Below, piece by piece: positions 52,467 to 62,878 of a DNA stretch of 64,000 nucleotides. The stretch is from contig JAAOMT010000694.1 of the NCBI GenBank assembly GCA_016748015.1, positions 186,001-250,000 on the forward strand, in the 5' to 3' direction. The translations under genes were made by a program, and so were the position numbers. The notes under the pieces were generated by a model. It saw nothing but the letters and a program-made list of their open reading frames with translations, did no database searches and had not been told where the DNA came from. The stretch's first letter is position 1; each line of letters begins with the position of its first letter. Source of the DNA: Geosiphon pyriformis uo1. Lineage: Eukaryota > Fungi > Glomeromycota.

Positions 52467-53833
52467 TTATCTTTGATTTTTGCTGATCATTTGGGTTGGT
52501 ATTACCACAACAGGTAACCAATCAGATCATTTGTAATATTTCTTGAGTTGTGTGCTATAAACAGGGCAATTACTGAATATTGTTCCATATTGATTTTGTA
52601 GGATATATGAACCATTGTTCAAAACTTTGTTGACTATAAAAGGTCTTTTCCAGCGGCTAGAAAATTTATCACCATAGACATTGTCTCTGTCTGAACAGTA
52701 TTCTAAAACTAAGTCATCAATACTTAAGGAAAGTGTTTTATAGGTCTTTTTTTTTTGAGCTTCTCTTGAAACTATTCTATCTTTTCAAAGGCAATTATCC
52801 GTGCTTCTACCAATAAGTCAAGAATGGTACCAAGTCTTCTTTGCAAAATGTTCTTGTAATCTCCTATTGTTATTTCTTCAAAAGGTATTGTTTCTATATC
52901 TGTTTCTATTGGTAGAATTGCCATTCATCCATAGAGCAGATAAAAGGATTCATAACTTGTTATGTCATGATTCATGGTTCTGTAGGCGAACAAAGCTGAA
53001 GGCAATACTTTGTCCCATAGGTTGGTTTTTTCACTGGTTTTGGCTAGGGTTTCACATAGTGTTCTATTGAAACATTCCACTAGACTATTTGTTTGGGGGT
53101 GATAAGGGGAAGAAAGTTTATGACATATTCCCATTTTTCTGCAAAGTTCTTCAACCAGTGTACTGAGAAAAGCTCTTCCTCTGTCAGATAAAAGTTCTTT
53201 GGGACAGCCATGGTGACAAATAATATCTTCATAAATGAAATTGGCAATTGAGACTGCTGTTTGATCTGGGGTGGCTCTTGTTTCTACTCACTTTGTAAGA
53301 TAGTCAGTAGCTGTGATAATGTATTTGTTGCCATCAGGAGTTACTGTTAAAGGTCCAACAACATCTATACCAATTCTGTCAAATGGTTGACCAACAGAGA
53401 TTGGATGAATATCTTCCTTGTGATTGGGTTTTCCTTTTCTTTGGCAGGTATCACAGGTTTTGATGTATTCAGCAATGTCTTTTTCCAAGGTAGGCCAATA
53501 ATAGCAAGCTAAAGTTTTCTGAATTGTTTTTGTTTTTCCAAAGTGTCCAGCTAATGGATTAGTGTGCATATTGTAGATCACAATTTCTCTTTCTTCAAAT
53601 CTAATGACTCTCTGGGGGCAGTCAGAATCTTTTTTATTTCTTTTATATAACTTAATTCCGTAAATATTATTTGGATTTGCACGTCGAGAAATAGTTTAAA
53701 AAAAATGGTTCTGGTGAATCAAATAGAAATTTGATTGTTTGTGCAAATGTTCTCTTTGCTGTTGAGTATAGTCCAGCAGGTATTGTTCTTTACCCAAAAA
53801 TTCCATTAAGGCAGAGTAGTTGTCCAAGTCCAT
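52467..53833 (-). pseudogene. C3 integrase (separate ORF, ATG at 53833)
   Basis: MDLDNYSALMEFL...MHTNPLAGHFG..YYWP..CDTCQR..IGIDVVGPL..DYLTK..SSPYHPQTN..FNRTL; 54-bp foreign insert at 53652-53705. Confidence 0.88.
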
Positions 53834-53898
53834 TATCGTGTTTGTTTGTGGAGGAGTTACAAATAATTAAGTTGGTTTGGTTTGAGAGGGTTTTACTA

Positions 53899-56592
53899 TC
53901 ACTGGATGGTAAGTTTGGAGAGAGCGTCGGCGTTTTGATGATTAGCTCCTTTGCAGTGTTGAATGTCATAGTCGAATTCATCCAAGTGGAGTATCCAGTG
54001 AGTTATCCATTTATGTTTTAGGTTTTTTTTGTTGTGTAGCCAAACCAAAGCTTGATGATCTGTTACCACCAAAAATTTTACACCTTTAAGATATTTGTCT
54101 CAGTAGCTGGTAGTCCAAACTACTGCTAAGCATTCTTGCTCTGTGACTGAGTAGTTCTTTTCTGTTGGTGTGAGAGTTTTACTGGCATATGCTACGGCAT
54201 GTTTCCTGCCATTTTCGTCTTTCTGGGAAAGAACAGCACCAAGTCTATAGCCAGATGCATCAGTATGGAGGATAAAAGATTGATCCAGATTAGGTTGCAT
54301 GAGGATAGGTTCTGTAACCAGTTTTTTCTTCAGAATTTCAAATGCTTTTTGTTGATGAGTGCCCCAGTGATAATTGATGTTTTTTCTAAGTAGCTGATTG
54401 AGAGGAGTGGCAATTTTGGAGAAATTCTTGACAAACTTGCGATAATAAGAGGCCAAACCAAGAAAAGAGTGTAGTTCATGAACATTCATTGGTTGTCTAA
54501 TGTTTTGAACTTTTTCAATTTTGGCTGGATCAGGGAAGATTCCATCTTTTGTAATAAGATGACCAAGGAACTGGGTGGATTGACATCCAAAGAATGATTT
54601 GATTGGATTGATCTTGAGGCCAGCATTTCTAAGGAGGTCAAAAACCTTTTGCAAATGTTCAAGGTGTTCATCTCAGGTTTTTGAGTATACCATTATGTTG
54701 TCCAAGTAGACTAGAACAAAGTTTTCTTTCACTAATTCAAATACTTTGTCCATTAAGCATTGAAAAGTGGGAAGAGCATTTGTGAGACCAAAAGGCATGA
54801 CTGTGAATTCATAAGTGCCATACTTGGTGATGAAGGCAGTTTTCTTTCTGCTTTCTGGATCCATCTCTACTTGCCAGAATTCAGCAGTTAAGTCAATGGT
54901 TAAGAAGAAAGCAGCACCATAGAATTGGTCTAGCATTGCATCAATCTTGGGAAGTAGGTACATGTCTCTTTCAGTAATGGCATTTAATTGGCGATAGTCA
55001 ACACAAAAGCGTAGGGTTCCTCCTTTCTTGGATACCACTACAACCAGGAATGCCCATTTACTCTTGGTTTCCTGTATGAATTCAAGGTTTTTCATTCGGA
55101 TTATTTCCTTTTTGATAAACTTATTATTGTGCCGGTTGAATTGATAGGGCTTTAAATAGATGAAGTGAGTTTTTCTGGTGATGATGGTGTGTTGTATCAC
55201 ATGTGTATGTCCAGGAAGTTTACTTTCTTTTGAGATAACTGGGCTGTTTCTAGCCAGCAGGTTTTCAATGTCTATCTTTCTTTTTTCTGGAGAGGGTTCT
55301 CTTTGTTCTACAACCAGTGATTGGATTTTAGGTGGTTTGTTTTCAAAGAATTTTTGGACTTCTTTTATTTCTTTACAGGGTATCAAGCTAATTGGTTTCC
55401 AATTTTTGTAATAGATCAGGCAGGACATGCATTCATCACTAAGAGAATACAATGGTTTGTCGCACCAGCACTGGGCACAAAGACCATGCCACCAATAACT
55501 GTATTTGGCTTTCTTGCCTGGCTTTCTGTCAAAGATTCTTCTGAGCATGTCATAATAAGGCCAGCAGATCAGCTTGCCATTGACAATGATTCCTTCTTTA
55601 TCTGCCTTGACATTATCCAGTGGTTTGCCATTGCTGGTGAAGATAGTATAGGCGAGTTCAGTAGTTTCTTCTTGTTCTTCTTGTTCTTCTTCTTCCTCAC
55701 TTTCTTTATCATCTGATTCGTCTGATTCATTTTTTTCTGGGCTCTGCTTGGGTACTGGGGGAGTTGTTCAATAGTAACACTTAACCACAATGGGTTTCTT
55801 ACCACATCTGATGGTTAGTTCACAGAGTTCATAATCAAGCAAAGCTTTTGCTTTCTTGAGCCATTTATTGCCAACAATAATGGTGTATTCTTTCACTTCA
55901 GATACTTTCATATCAGTTTTAATGCTGATGCCATTGATGTGGACAGAAATAGCTTTGGCTATGCCAAGCCCTTTCTTTTTATCACCATGCACATTGGTCA
56001 TTGGTTGTGTAGATGGTTCATCAATTTTTCTGCCAATTGCTTCAAGAAAGTGTTTAGCAATAATACTAACAAATGATCCACTGTTTAGAATCAAATCAAT
56101 GAAGTAGCCAGCCACTTGGGCTTTGCAAATTAGAGGAGTGACATTGCTATTGTTAGCAAGTCCAGCTTGGCAAGGGTGTTTGTTGGTTTTGGGTGTCTTT
56201 TTCTTTGGAATCAGAGATTTGCAAAGATCTTTTCTGAATTGTGGATGGGTCATCAATTGGCCAAAGGTTATATGTGCTGGGGTTTCCATGAGGTCTTTGA
56301 CAACAGAATAGAGGCCGGATTTTTGTACTATTTCTGGGGATTCCAACTTTGGAGAGTTTTTGAAAACTTTGGCTTTTGGGGGCTCATTGTTGTCAGCAGT
56401 TGATGTAGAAGCTTTATTGGGGTCCAGAATGAAATCAACTTTGGCTTTCTTCTTCTTTCTTGTAAATTCAGAGGGGTTGGTTGCTAGTTCATCCATGTCA
56501 TGGTCATCATCAGTTAAGTTAAAAGCGAAAAAGGGGTTTTCTTCTGATTGGCTTGTACTTTCACTCTTTGAAAGTGCGCCTACCAGTTTAAA
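53899..56592 (-). pseudogene. C3 Pol (protease-RT-RNase H), with stops and frameshifts
   Basis: LIL(D)SGS, KKGGTLRFCVDYRQLN, VMPFGLTNA, YLDNI, LHTDASG..LGAVLSQ, NADALSKL; ends TGA TAG TAA at 53901-53893. Confidence 0.9.
56546..56592 (-). promoter_or_regulatory. -1 programmed ribosomal frameshift signal (UUUAAAC + hairpin)
   Basis: T TTA AAC in the gag frame; the -1 frame is open into the protease ORF; GCACTTTCA-AAGAG-TGAAAGTAC stem-loop downstream. Confidence 0.8.
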
Positions 56593-58133
56593 GGCTGATA
56601 AACAGTGGCTTCAACTAGGGGATCCTCTCCAAAGAAATTGATGTTAGCATGATTGGGTCTTTGGTTGGGCACATTGTTGTTGTTGGGTCTGTTGTTCTGA
56701 GCATCATTGTTTCTGGGAACTGGTGGAAGTAGTGGAGAATTGTTGCAATCTCTTGAAAAGTGTTCAGTTAATTCACAGCAATAGCATACAGGTGGGCTAC
56801 GATTTTGTTGTCTTTGATAAGGTGGTTGCTGGGGCTGATTGAAGTGTGGTTCAAATCTGGGTCTTTGTGGTTGTTGATTTTCTCTGACTGCTTGGGCTAA
56901 GGGCTCTAATAACTGGACAAGATTTGCTGTAAGTCTGTCTATAAACTGTTCATTTGGATCTTGAGTGTGAGTAGCAAAAGAAGTAGCAGCCATTTGAGGG
57001 GCAGGAGCCATGACAGAAACAGAAGCAAAAACTGGTAATGTGGATTCCAAGTGCATCCTTTGGTTATCTTCAATTCTTTGTGCTAATTCAATGGCCATAT
57101 CCATGGTGGGATTATTTTTCAGGGCCAGAAGGGGCCAAAGAGCATATGATAGATCAGTTCTCAATCCTTTTGTGAAGGAGTGAATTTTCTGCTCTTCTGT
57201 CCAATTTCTCCCAGAGTCTATATGTTTAATTAGCTTTCTAATAGCCTTGGCATATTCAGTTACTACTTCTCCAGGATCTTGGGTTCTTCTTTCCAATTCT
57301 ATGTGCCATTTTGATATTAATATTGGGGTTCTGAACTTGGCCTCAAATCGGGTAGTGAAAGAGGTATTTTCTTCTCCAACATTAATTGGTGTCCATCTGA
57401 TTATTCTGTGTTGAGCATTGGCATCTGTTTCTTGTGAGAACCAGGTAGCAGAAGAGCCTTGAAGGTAGCCACTAACGATTTGGAACTTGTATTCTTCATC
57501 ATACTGGTTGGCTGTGGCAGCTCTCTCAAAATCATCCAACCATTCAATTGGATCTTGTGCATCACCTCTAAATAGTGGTAGTGGGGTATTGTTTCTTCTT
57601 CCTAGAGCAGTTTGTATACCTTGGAGGGTGGCCAGAATGTTTGCTTGCATGGGGTTATTAGCCATTGGTTTAGGGGTAACTGTTTGTATAGACAAGTCTG
57701 ATTCACTTAATAAAAGATCAAAAACAGGGGCAGTTTGATAACTTTCTTCTTCTGTTTCAAAGGAAGTTTCAGTTGCTTGATGGGCAGCAATCCAAATGTG
57801 GATTTGATGATTCAGATATTCGAAATCAGGAGGCTGTTGTTCAAAAGTTGCAGAATATAAGAGCTGATTAATACTGTTGTTTCTTTCTTCAAAGTCGTTT
57901 TCAAAATAAGCTTGGTCAAAATAATAGGTTGTATAAGCTGTGTAGGTTTCAGCTAAATGCTCATTCAGGAACCAGTTCCAAAAGTTTTGGAATTGTCTGC
58001 TGGATTGTTTTTCAAGGGGGAAGCAGATCAAGCAGAAGGGCAGAGGATTAAGTTCAATGAAATCTAGGTCGTTTCTGTTGTGTGCTGCAAAGTGTTCTTC
58101 TGATTGCTGTGACAGATATGAGTAATCACCCAT
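56580..58133 (-). CDS. C3 Gag (517 aa, open)
   Basis: PLFRGDAQDPIEWLDDFERAA capsid motif, QDPGEVVTEY, FTKGL, CYCCELTEHFSRDC zinc knuckle. Confidence 0.9.
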   Translation of the reverse strand: MGDYSYLSQQSEEHFAAHNRNDLDFIELNPLPFCLICFPLEKQSSRQFQNFWNWFLNEHLAETYTAYTTYYFDQAYFENDFEERNNSINQLLYSATFEQQPPDFEYLNHQIHIWIAAHQATETSFETEEESYQTAPVFDLLLSESDLSIQTVTPKPMANNPMQANILATLQGIQTALGRRNNTPLPLFRGDAQDPIEWLDDFERAATANQYDEEYKFQIVSGYLQGSSATWFSQETDANAQHRIIRWTPINVGEENTSFTTRFEAKFRTPILISKWHIELERRTQDPGEVVTEYAKAIRKLIKHIDSGRNWTEEQKIHSFTKGLRTDLSYALWPLLALKNNPTMDMAIELAQRIEDNQRMHLESTLPVFASVSVMAPAPQMAATSFATHTQDPNEQFIDRLTANLVQLLEPLAQAVRENQQPQRPRFEPHFNQPQQPPYQRQQNRSPPVCYCCELTEHFSRDCNNSPLLPPVPRNNDAQNNRPNNNNVPNQRPNHANINFFGEDPLVEATVYQPLNW

Positions 58134-58162
58134 ACAATGAGGGAATAAGTGAATTTTGACAA

Positions 58163-58179
58163 CCTCACAGGAAGCACCA
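58163..58179 (-). promoter_or_regulatory. Primer-binding site of C3
   Basis: TGGTGCTTCCTGTGAGG on the minus strand, 6 nt after the LTR. Confidence 0.8.
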
Positions 58180-58185
58180 CTTTTA

Positions 58186-58864
58186 TGTTATGGGTTGGAG
58201 TAACAAGCTAATGGATAGCAAGGGAGAACAGTATTGTATAGTAATGAAAATAAACAAAGAAGGAATTACAATAAGGGAGTGAATTAAATAAGTAGGAATT
58301 CAATGTGCATGATCAGTTTCATAAAAATCACAGTCGCTAATCTTTTCTTAAATCTGAAGGTAGAAGAATAGTCTGTGATTGTCAACAAAATAACACTGCT
58401 GCTATTATTCTATGCCTTAACTCGGCAATTCTTAGAATCAATAACAGATATTATTGTGCTTTTCAATCATTTCTTTATTCAATGAATTACAAGAGCAAGC
58501 CAATTGCTTCTCAGGCTAATTCTAACAAATACAAATCAAGAAAGAGAAAAGATAAGGTATGTCAATACCAACAAGTAGATACTTGAAGGTAAGGAAAGGG
58601 GAATAAGTGATTATGAAAAGAAGTAATTGATATTGTTTTATTTCGTTACTTTTATCATGTCTTTCTACAGCTAAAAAAATCATCACTTATATAGCTATCT
58701 AAAATGGTCAATGACCAGATCAATGATCAGATTAATAATCAGGTCAATAGTCAAGTCATTGATCAGGTCAACGATCACTATCTAAAAATAGAGTGGCTAA
58801 TTATATGACATCAGTGGCTAATACATGTAATAATTAATAAAAACTATGGGTTTCAACCATAACA
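58186..58864 (-). repeat. C3 5' LTR (679 bp)
   Basis: TGTTAT...ATAACA followed by TSD GTAT. Confidence 0.93.
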
Positions 58865-59342
58865 GTATTAAAGATTATTAAATATAAATTATTAAAAAAT
58901 ACAATTAATATTTAATATTAAGTTCTAAGAACATTAATATAAGACATAAAATTATATTAATGTGTTATTTTTTGTTAACAATATAAACTATTTTTTTATC
59001 TTTTAATTTTTTTGTTACTTTTTGAAAACAATAACAATTAAGATATTTATAAAACTAATCTTACATATTAAATTCATACTAATTTAATTTGTTTTTTGAA
59101 GTTGAATTTCTTTTTAATTAATTTTATCTTGTTTTACCTTGTTATTTGTTAGCTTGTTATTTTGATTTGTAATATAAAAGTAGTATTTCTATAAAGTTGT
59201 CAAAATTTATTTGTTTTCTATTGTATAAATAAATACTACAATAATCAGAAAAATACTTTAAAGTATACAACAAAAATAATTTAAAATTTATTAAACTCAA
59301 TTTTTTGTTTTTTTGTTTAATTTGCTTTTTTGTTTAATTTGC

Positions 59343-60047
59343 TTTTTTTTTTTTATGTTTTACAAGTGAGGTTCAAACACTATCTAGAACTATACATCAA
59401 AGAAATGATTTAAACTAAGTATAAATTATGCACTTTCTACATACAATCAGCCATTCAGACTAATCAGAACAATACTATATAACTATATGAACTGAAACAG
59501 AATTACCAATTCCTGAAAAAAATAAACAAGGCCTATGAAAGCCAAAATAGACACCAAATGCTTTAGCAATACCAAGCAACCTGATCATGCTGGCTAATAA
59601 TCCCGAAGCCAAACCAGAAACTGAAACAAAAACCAATTTATCTAGTGGAATCAGGCTATTTTTCTCCATGTAAGCATAATGTTTAGCATGAACCAACCAG
59701 ACTTTGTTTCTAAAAGCAAGACAAAGAAAATGCACAAACTCAACAATCTTCAAACTAACAACTTTGGGATCATGAAAAACAAAAACAGCCTTCTGAAGCC
59801 AATCATCAAAAACAAAACCCTTAAAAAGAGCCATAAAGACAAAAGAATTAGAAATACTGGATAATAACAGCTATAAGACATATAATAAAGAATAAGAAAG
59901 GCCAGAAAAATTCTTCCAAGAGGCTACAAAAGTACCCAAAATCTGATGACAAGTAGAGTTATTAATGTTACAAGAAAAAACATAATCTGACACTTCTATA
60001 ACACCACAATATAAGCACAACACACTAGAGTAATGTCAGGTATAAAG
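59343..60047 (-). mobile_element. 5'-truncated LINE 3' end with poly(A) tail
   Basis: T-run at 59343-59354; C-terminal LCLYCGVIEVSD(H)VFSC zinc motif (~59970-60023); ORF 59475-59834. Confidence 0.75.
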
Positions 60048-62058
60048 TTAAACAAATACTTAGTTAAAATTTATATTGCTTATATTATACACTTTTTTAA
60101 CCAAGCTTATTTTGAAAATTTTTTTTAAAAAAAACTGCAATATTAGCCAGCTCTTATATTCTGTAATTTTTAAATAATCAACACTTAATTTCAAATATTT
60201 AAATTACCAAATTTATATTTAAATAGCTTAATATTAATTAGTTAAAGATCATTTTAAAACAAAAAAAAAGTTACTAAATTGCTTCTGTTTTTAATTTTTT
60301 TTTAAATAAATCAGATTTTTTTTACAAAAACAGCTATTTTTAAATAAAAAATTAATAATCTAATACAAATAAATATTTTGGCAATTTTTTAAGACATACA
60401 AACAAAAAAACAATATTTACTATTTTTATTTAAAGACAATACACAAAATTTAATTAAATAGTTGAATAACTTTGAAAAAACAACAATAATTAACCAATAT
60501 AATAATAATTACAAGTTTTAAATTATTGGTGGCTATCTTTAAAAGTCTTCTACTATTTGGTTTTTTCAAAAAACTATTACTTATATTCCTTAAAAAATAA
60601 AAAAATAGACTTTTAAAAATGCTAAAGAAAATAATATTTTTTTTACTACTTAATTTAAATAAAAATTTAAAATTCTTATTTTAATTTTTAAATAATATAT
60701 AAAACTAAAAAAAAAACTCAAAATTTTGATAAAACTATAATTAAATATGTTAAAATTATAAAAAAATTAATTAAATAAATAAATACTAAAAAAAATTAAA
60801 CTAAAAAACAAAAAATTCACTTTTTTACAAAAAAATTAAGAACTAATTTGTCATATATTTTTTGGTTTTTTTGGTTTTATAAGACAATTTTACAATAGAT
60901 ATAATTATTAAACTTGTCCAAAAAATTAAAAATAATTAAAAAATACATCTGAAATCTATACTTTTAGTTTTTGTTTTTGTTTTTATTTTAGTTTTAGCTT
61001 TTTAAATGACTGTTATTTTTTTTACTGTTCAAATTTAAAATTCAAACAAATAATTTATAAACAAATTTACAACTAATTTTGTTTAACTACTAAAATTTTT
61101 AGCACAAACAGTAAAAAAAATTAACAGTTTTAAAAATCTAAATTTAAATCCTAATTTAATTAGTTTTAACAATCATCTTATAATCAAAGACAATGAAATT
61201 ATAACTCTTTTGTGTGCTATTATTATAAATTAACTAGACATTTTTCAAGAATTGCAACAATTTTTTTGTTTTTTCTAACTTTTAAAAATAACAACAATTA
61301 GAACAATAAAACAAATAATAACAATAACTCTAATTAAAAATTTAAACTTACTAATCTGAATTTTTTTAAAGATTTTCTAATTAAAGCCATTACTTATTAG
61401 TTTTTAAACTAATAAGTATACTTTTAAAGAGTAAAATATAAGCCAACTAAAAAAACTCTTTATTCTTTTAATCTAATTAATAATCTTTTTATTTTCACAA
61501 AATAAAGAAAAAAACCAAAATTAAATTCGCTTTAAATTTCAATAAAATATTAATATCTACTAGTAACAATAATAAATTCTCAAAAACCAAAGTTTTTAAA
61601 AATTTTTCAAAATTAAAATTTTCAAAAATTATACAAAAATTTGGATCTTATTTTATTGTAAAAAATTTTATAGAAACTCCAATATATATTAACTTTGACC
61701 AATTAATAATCTATCTATAGTTTAGAAAAAATTTTTGCAAATTCTTGATTTTAAAAAAAACTCCCAAAAACCAACAAGTATTTTTATCAAACAGAATTTA
61801 CTAATAATAACAATATTACTTTCTTAATTTATAAAACACAAGTAACTGATTATTTTATTGACTTGATCTTAAACAGTAAATTATCTGTTAGTATTATTGT
61901 TAAATATTTTTTGAAAACCATTAATGAATTTTTAATTTGGTTTATAACCAATATATTAATAATAAAAAAAGTATTAACATAACCAAAGCTATTTTTGTCT
62001 AAATTAATTATGTTTACATTAAAATTAACATAAAAGTTTTTGAAGCAAAAAAATATAC

Positions 62059-62878
62059 TATTATGGTTAAAAACCATAGTTTTTATTAGTTATTACATAT
62101 ATTAACTATTAATATTACATAATTAATCACCTTATTTTTAGATAGTAATCAAAAACCTAATCATTAACTTAATTATTAATCTGATTATTCATCTGACTAT
62201 TGACTTAATTATTGACTATTTTCAATAGTTATATAAGTGATAAGTCTCTTAGCTATAAAAAAACATGATCAAAATAACGAAATAAAACCTACTATTAATT
62301 GGTAATATTTATAAAAAATTTTTAAGACTTTTTCTTATATTGCTTATTTTTTTTTCTTACTTTTAGGTATTTAAACATCTTGAATAAAAAATTACTTATT
62401 AGTATTCATATATTTTATTTTTTTCCCTTCTTAATTTGTATTATTAAAATTAGCCTTAAAAGCAATTGCTTACTCTTGTACTTTTTTGAATAAAAAAATG
62501 ATTGAAAAGCACAATAATACCTGTTATTAATTTTAAAAATCACCAAGTTAAAACATAAAATAATAACAGTAATATTATTTTATTAACAATCACAGACTAT
62601 TTTTTTATTATTAAATTTTCAAAAAAGATTCACAACTATAATTATTATAAGACTAATTATGTATATTAAATCTTTACTTATTTAATTCACTTTCTTATTG
62701 TAATTTTTTTTTGATTAATTTTATTATTCTACAATTTTGTTCTTCTTTACTATTTATTAGTTTATTATTCTAACTTATAACATAAAAGTAGTATTTTTTA
62801 TAAGATTATTAAAATACATTTTGTTTTTTATTGTATGGATAATTATTTATATTTGTCACAATAATCAGAAGAATACTT
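62059..62878 (+). mobile_element. Element C5: 5' LTR (62059-62782), PBS and start of gag, truncated
   Basis: Reverse-oriented C2/C3-type LTR inserted in the C4 protease after ATAC; decayed PBS follows. Confidence 0.78.

Larger units (their letters stand above)
51181..58864 (-). mobile_element. Ty3/Gypsy element C3 (best-preserved full-length copy)
   Basis: LTRs 51181-51799 and 58186-58864, TSD GTAT/GTAT, PBS 58163-58179, PPT GAAGAGGA at ~51803-51810. Confidence 0.95.
50807..62058 (+). mobile_element. Ty3/Gypsy element C4 (very decayed; LTR-gag-protease), interrupted by C3, a LINE fragment and C5
   Basis: Reverse-oriented C-family LTR at 50807-51180 + 58865-59174, decayed PBS at ~59180, gag/protease remnants at 59220-59340 and 60048-62058. 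Confidence 0.75.

Noticed and set aside
52801-57738. Numerous short plus-strand ORFs antisense to C3 (and similar ones antisense to A, B and TFC1)
   Set aside because: Shadow ORFs of the coding strand, with no motifs and not conserved between copies
58160-58180. tRNA gene fragment (..CCTCACAGGAAGCACCA)
   Set aside because: It is the PBS complement; no cloverleaf
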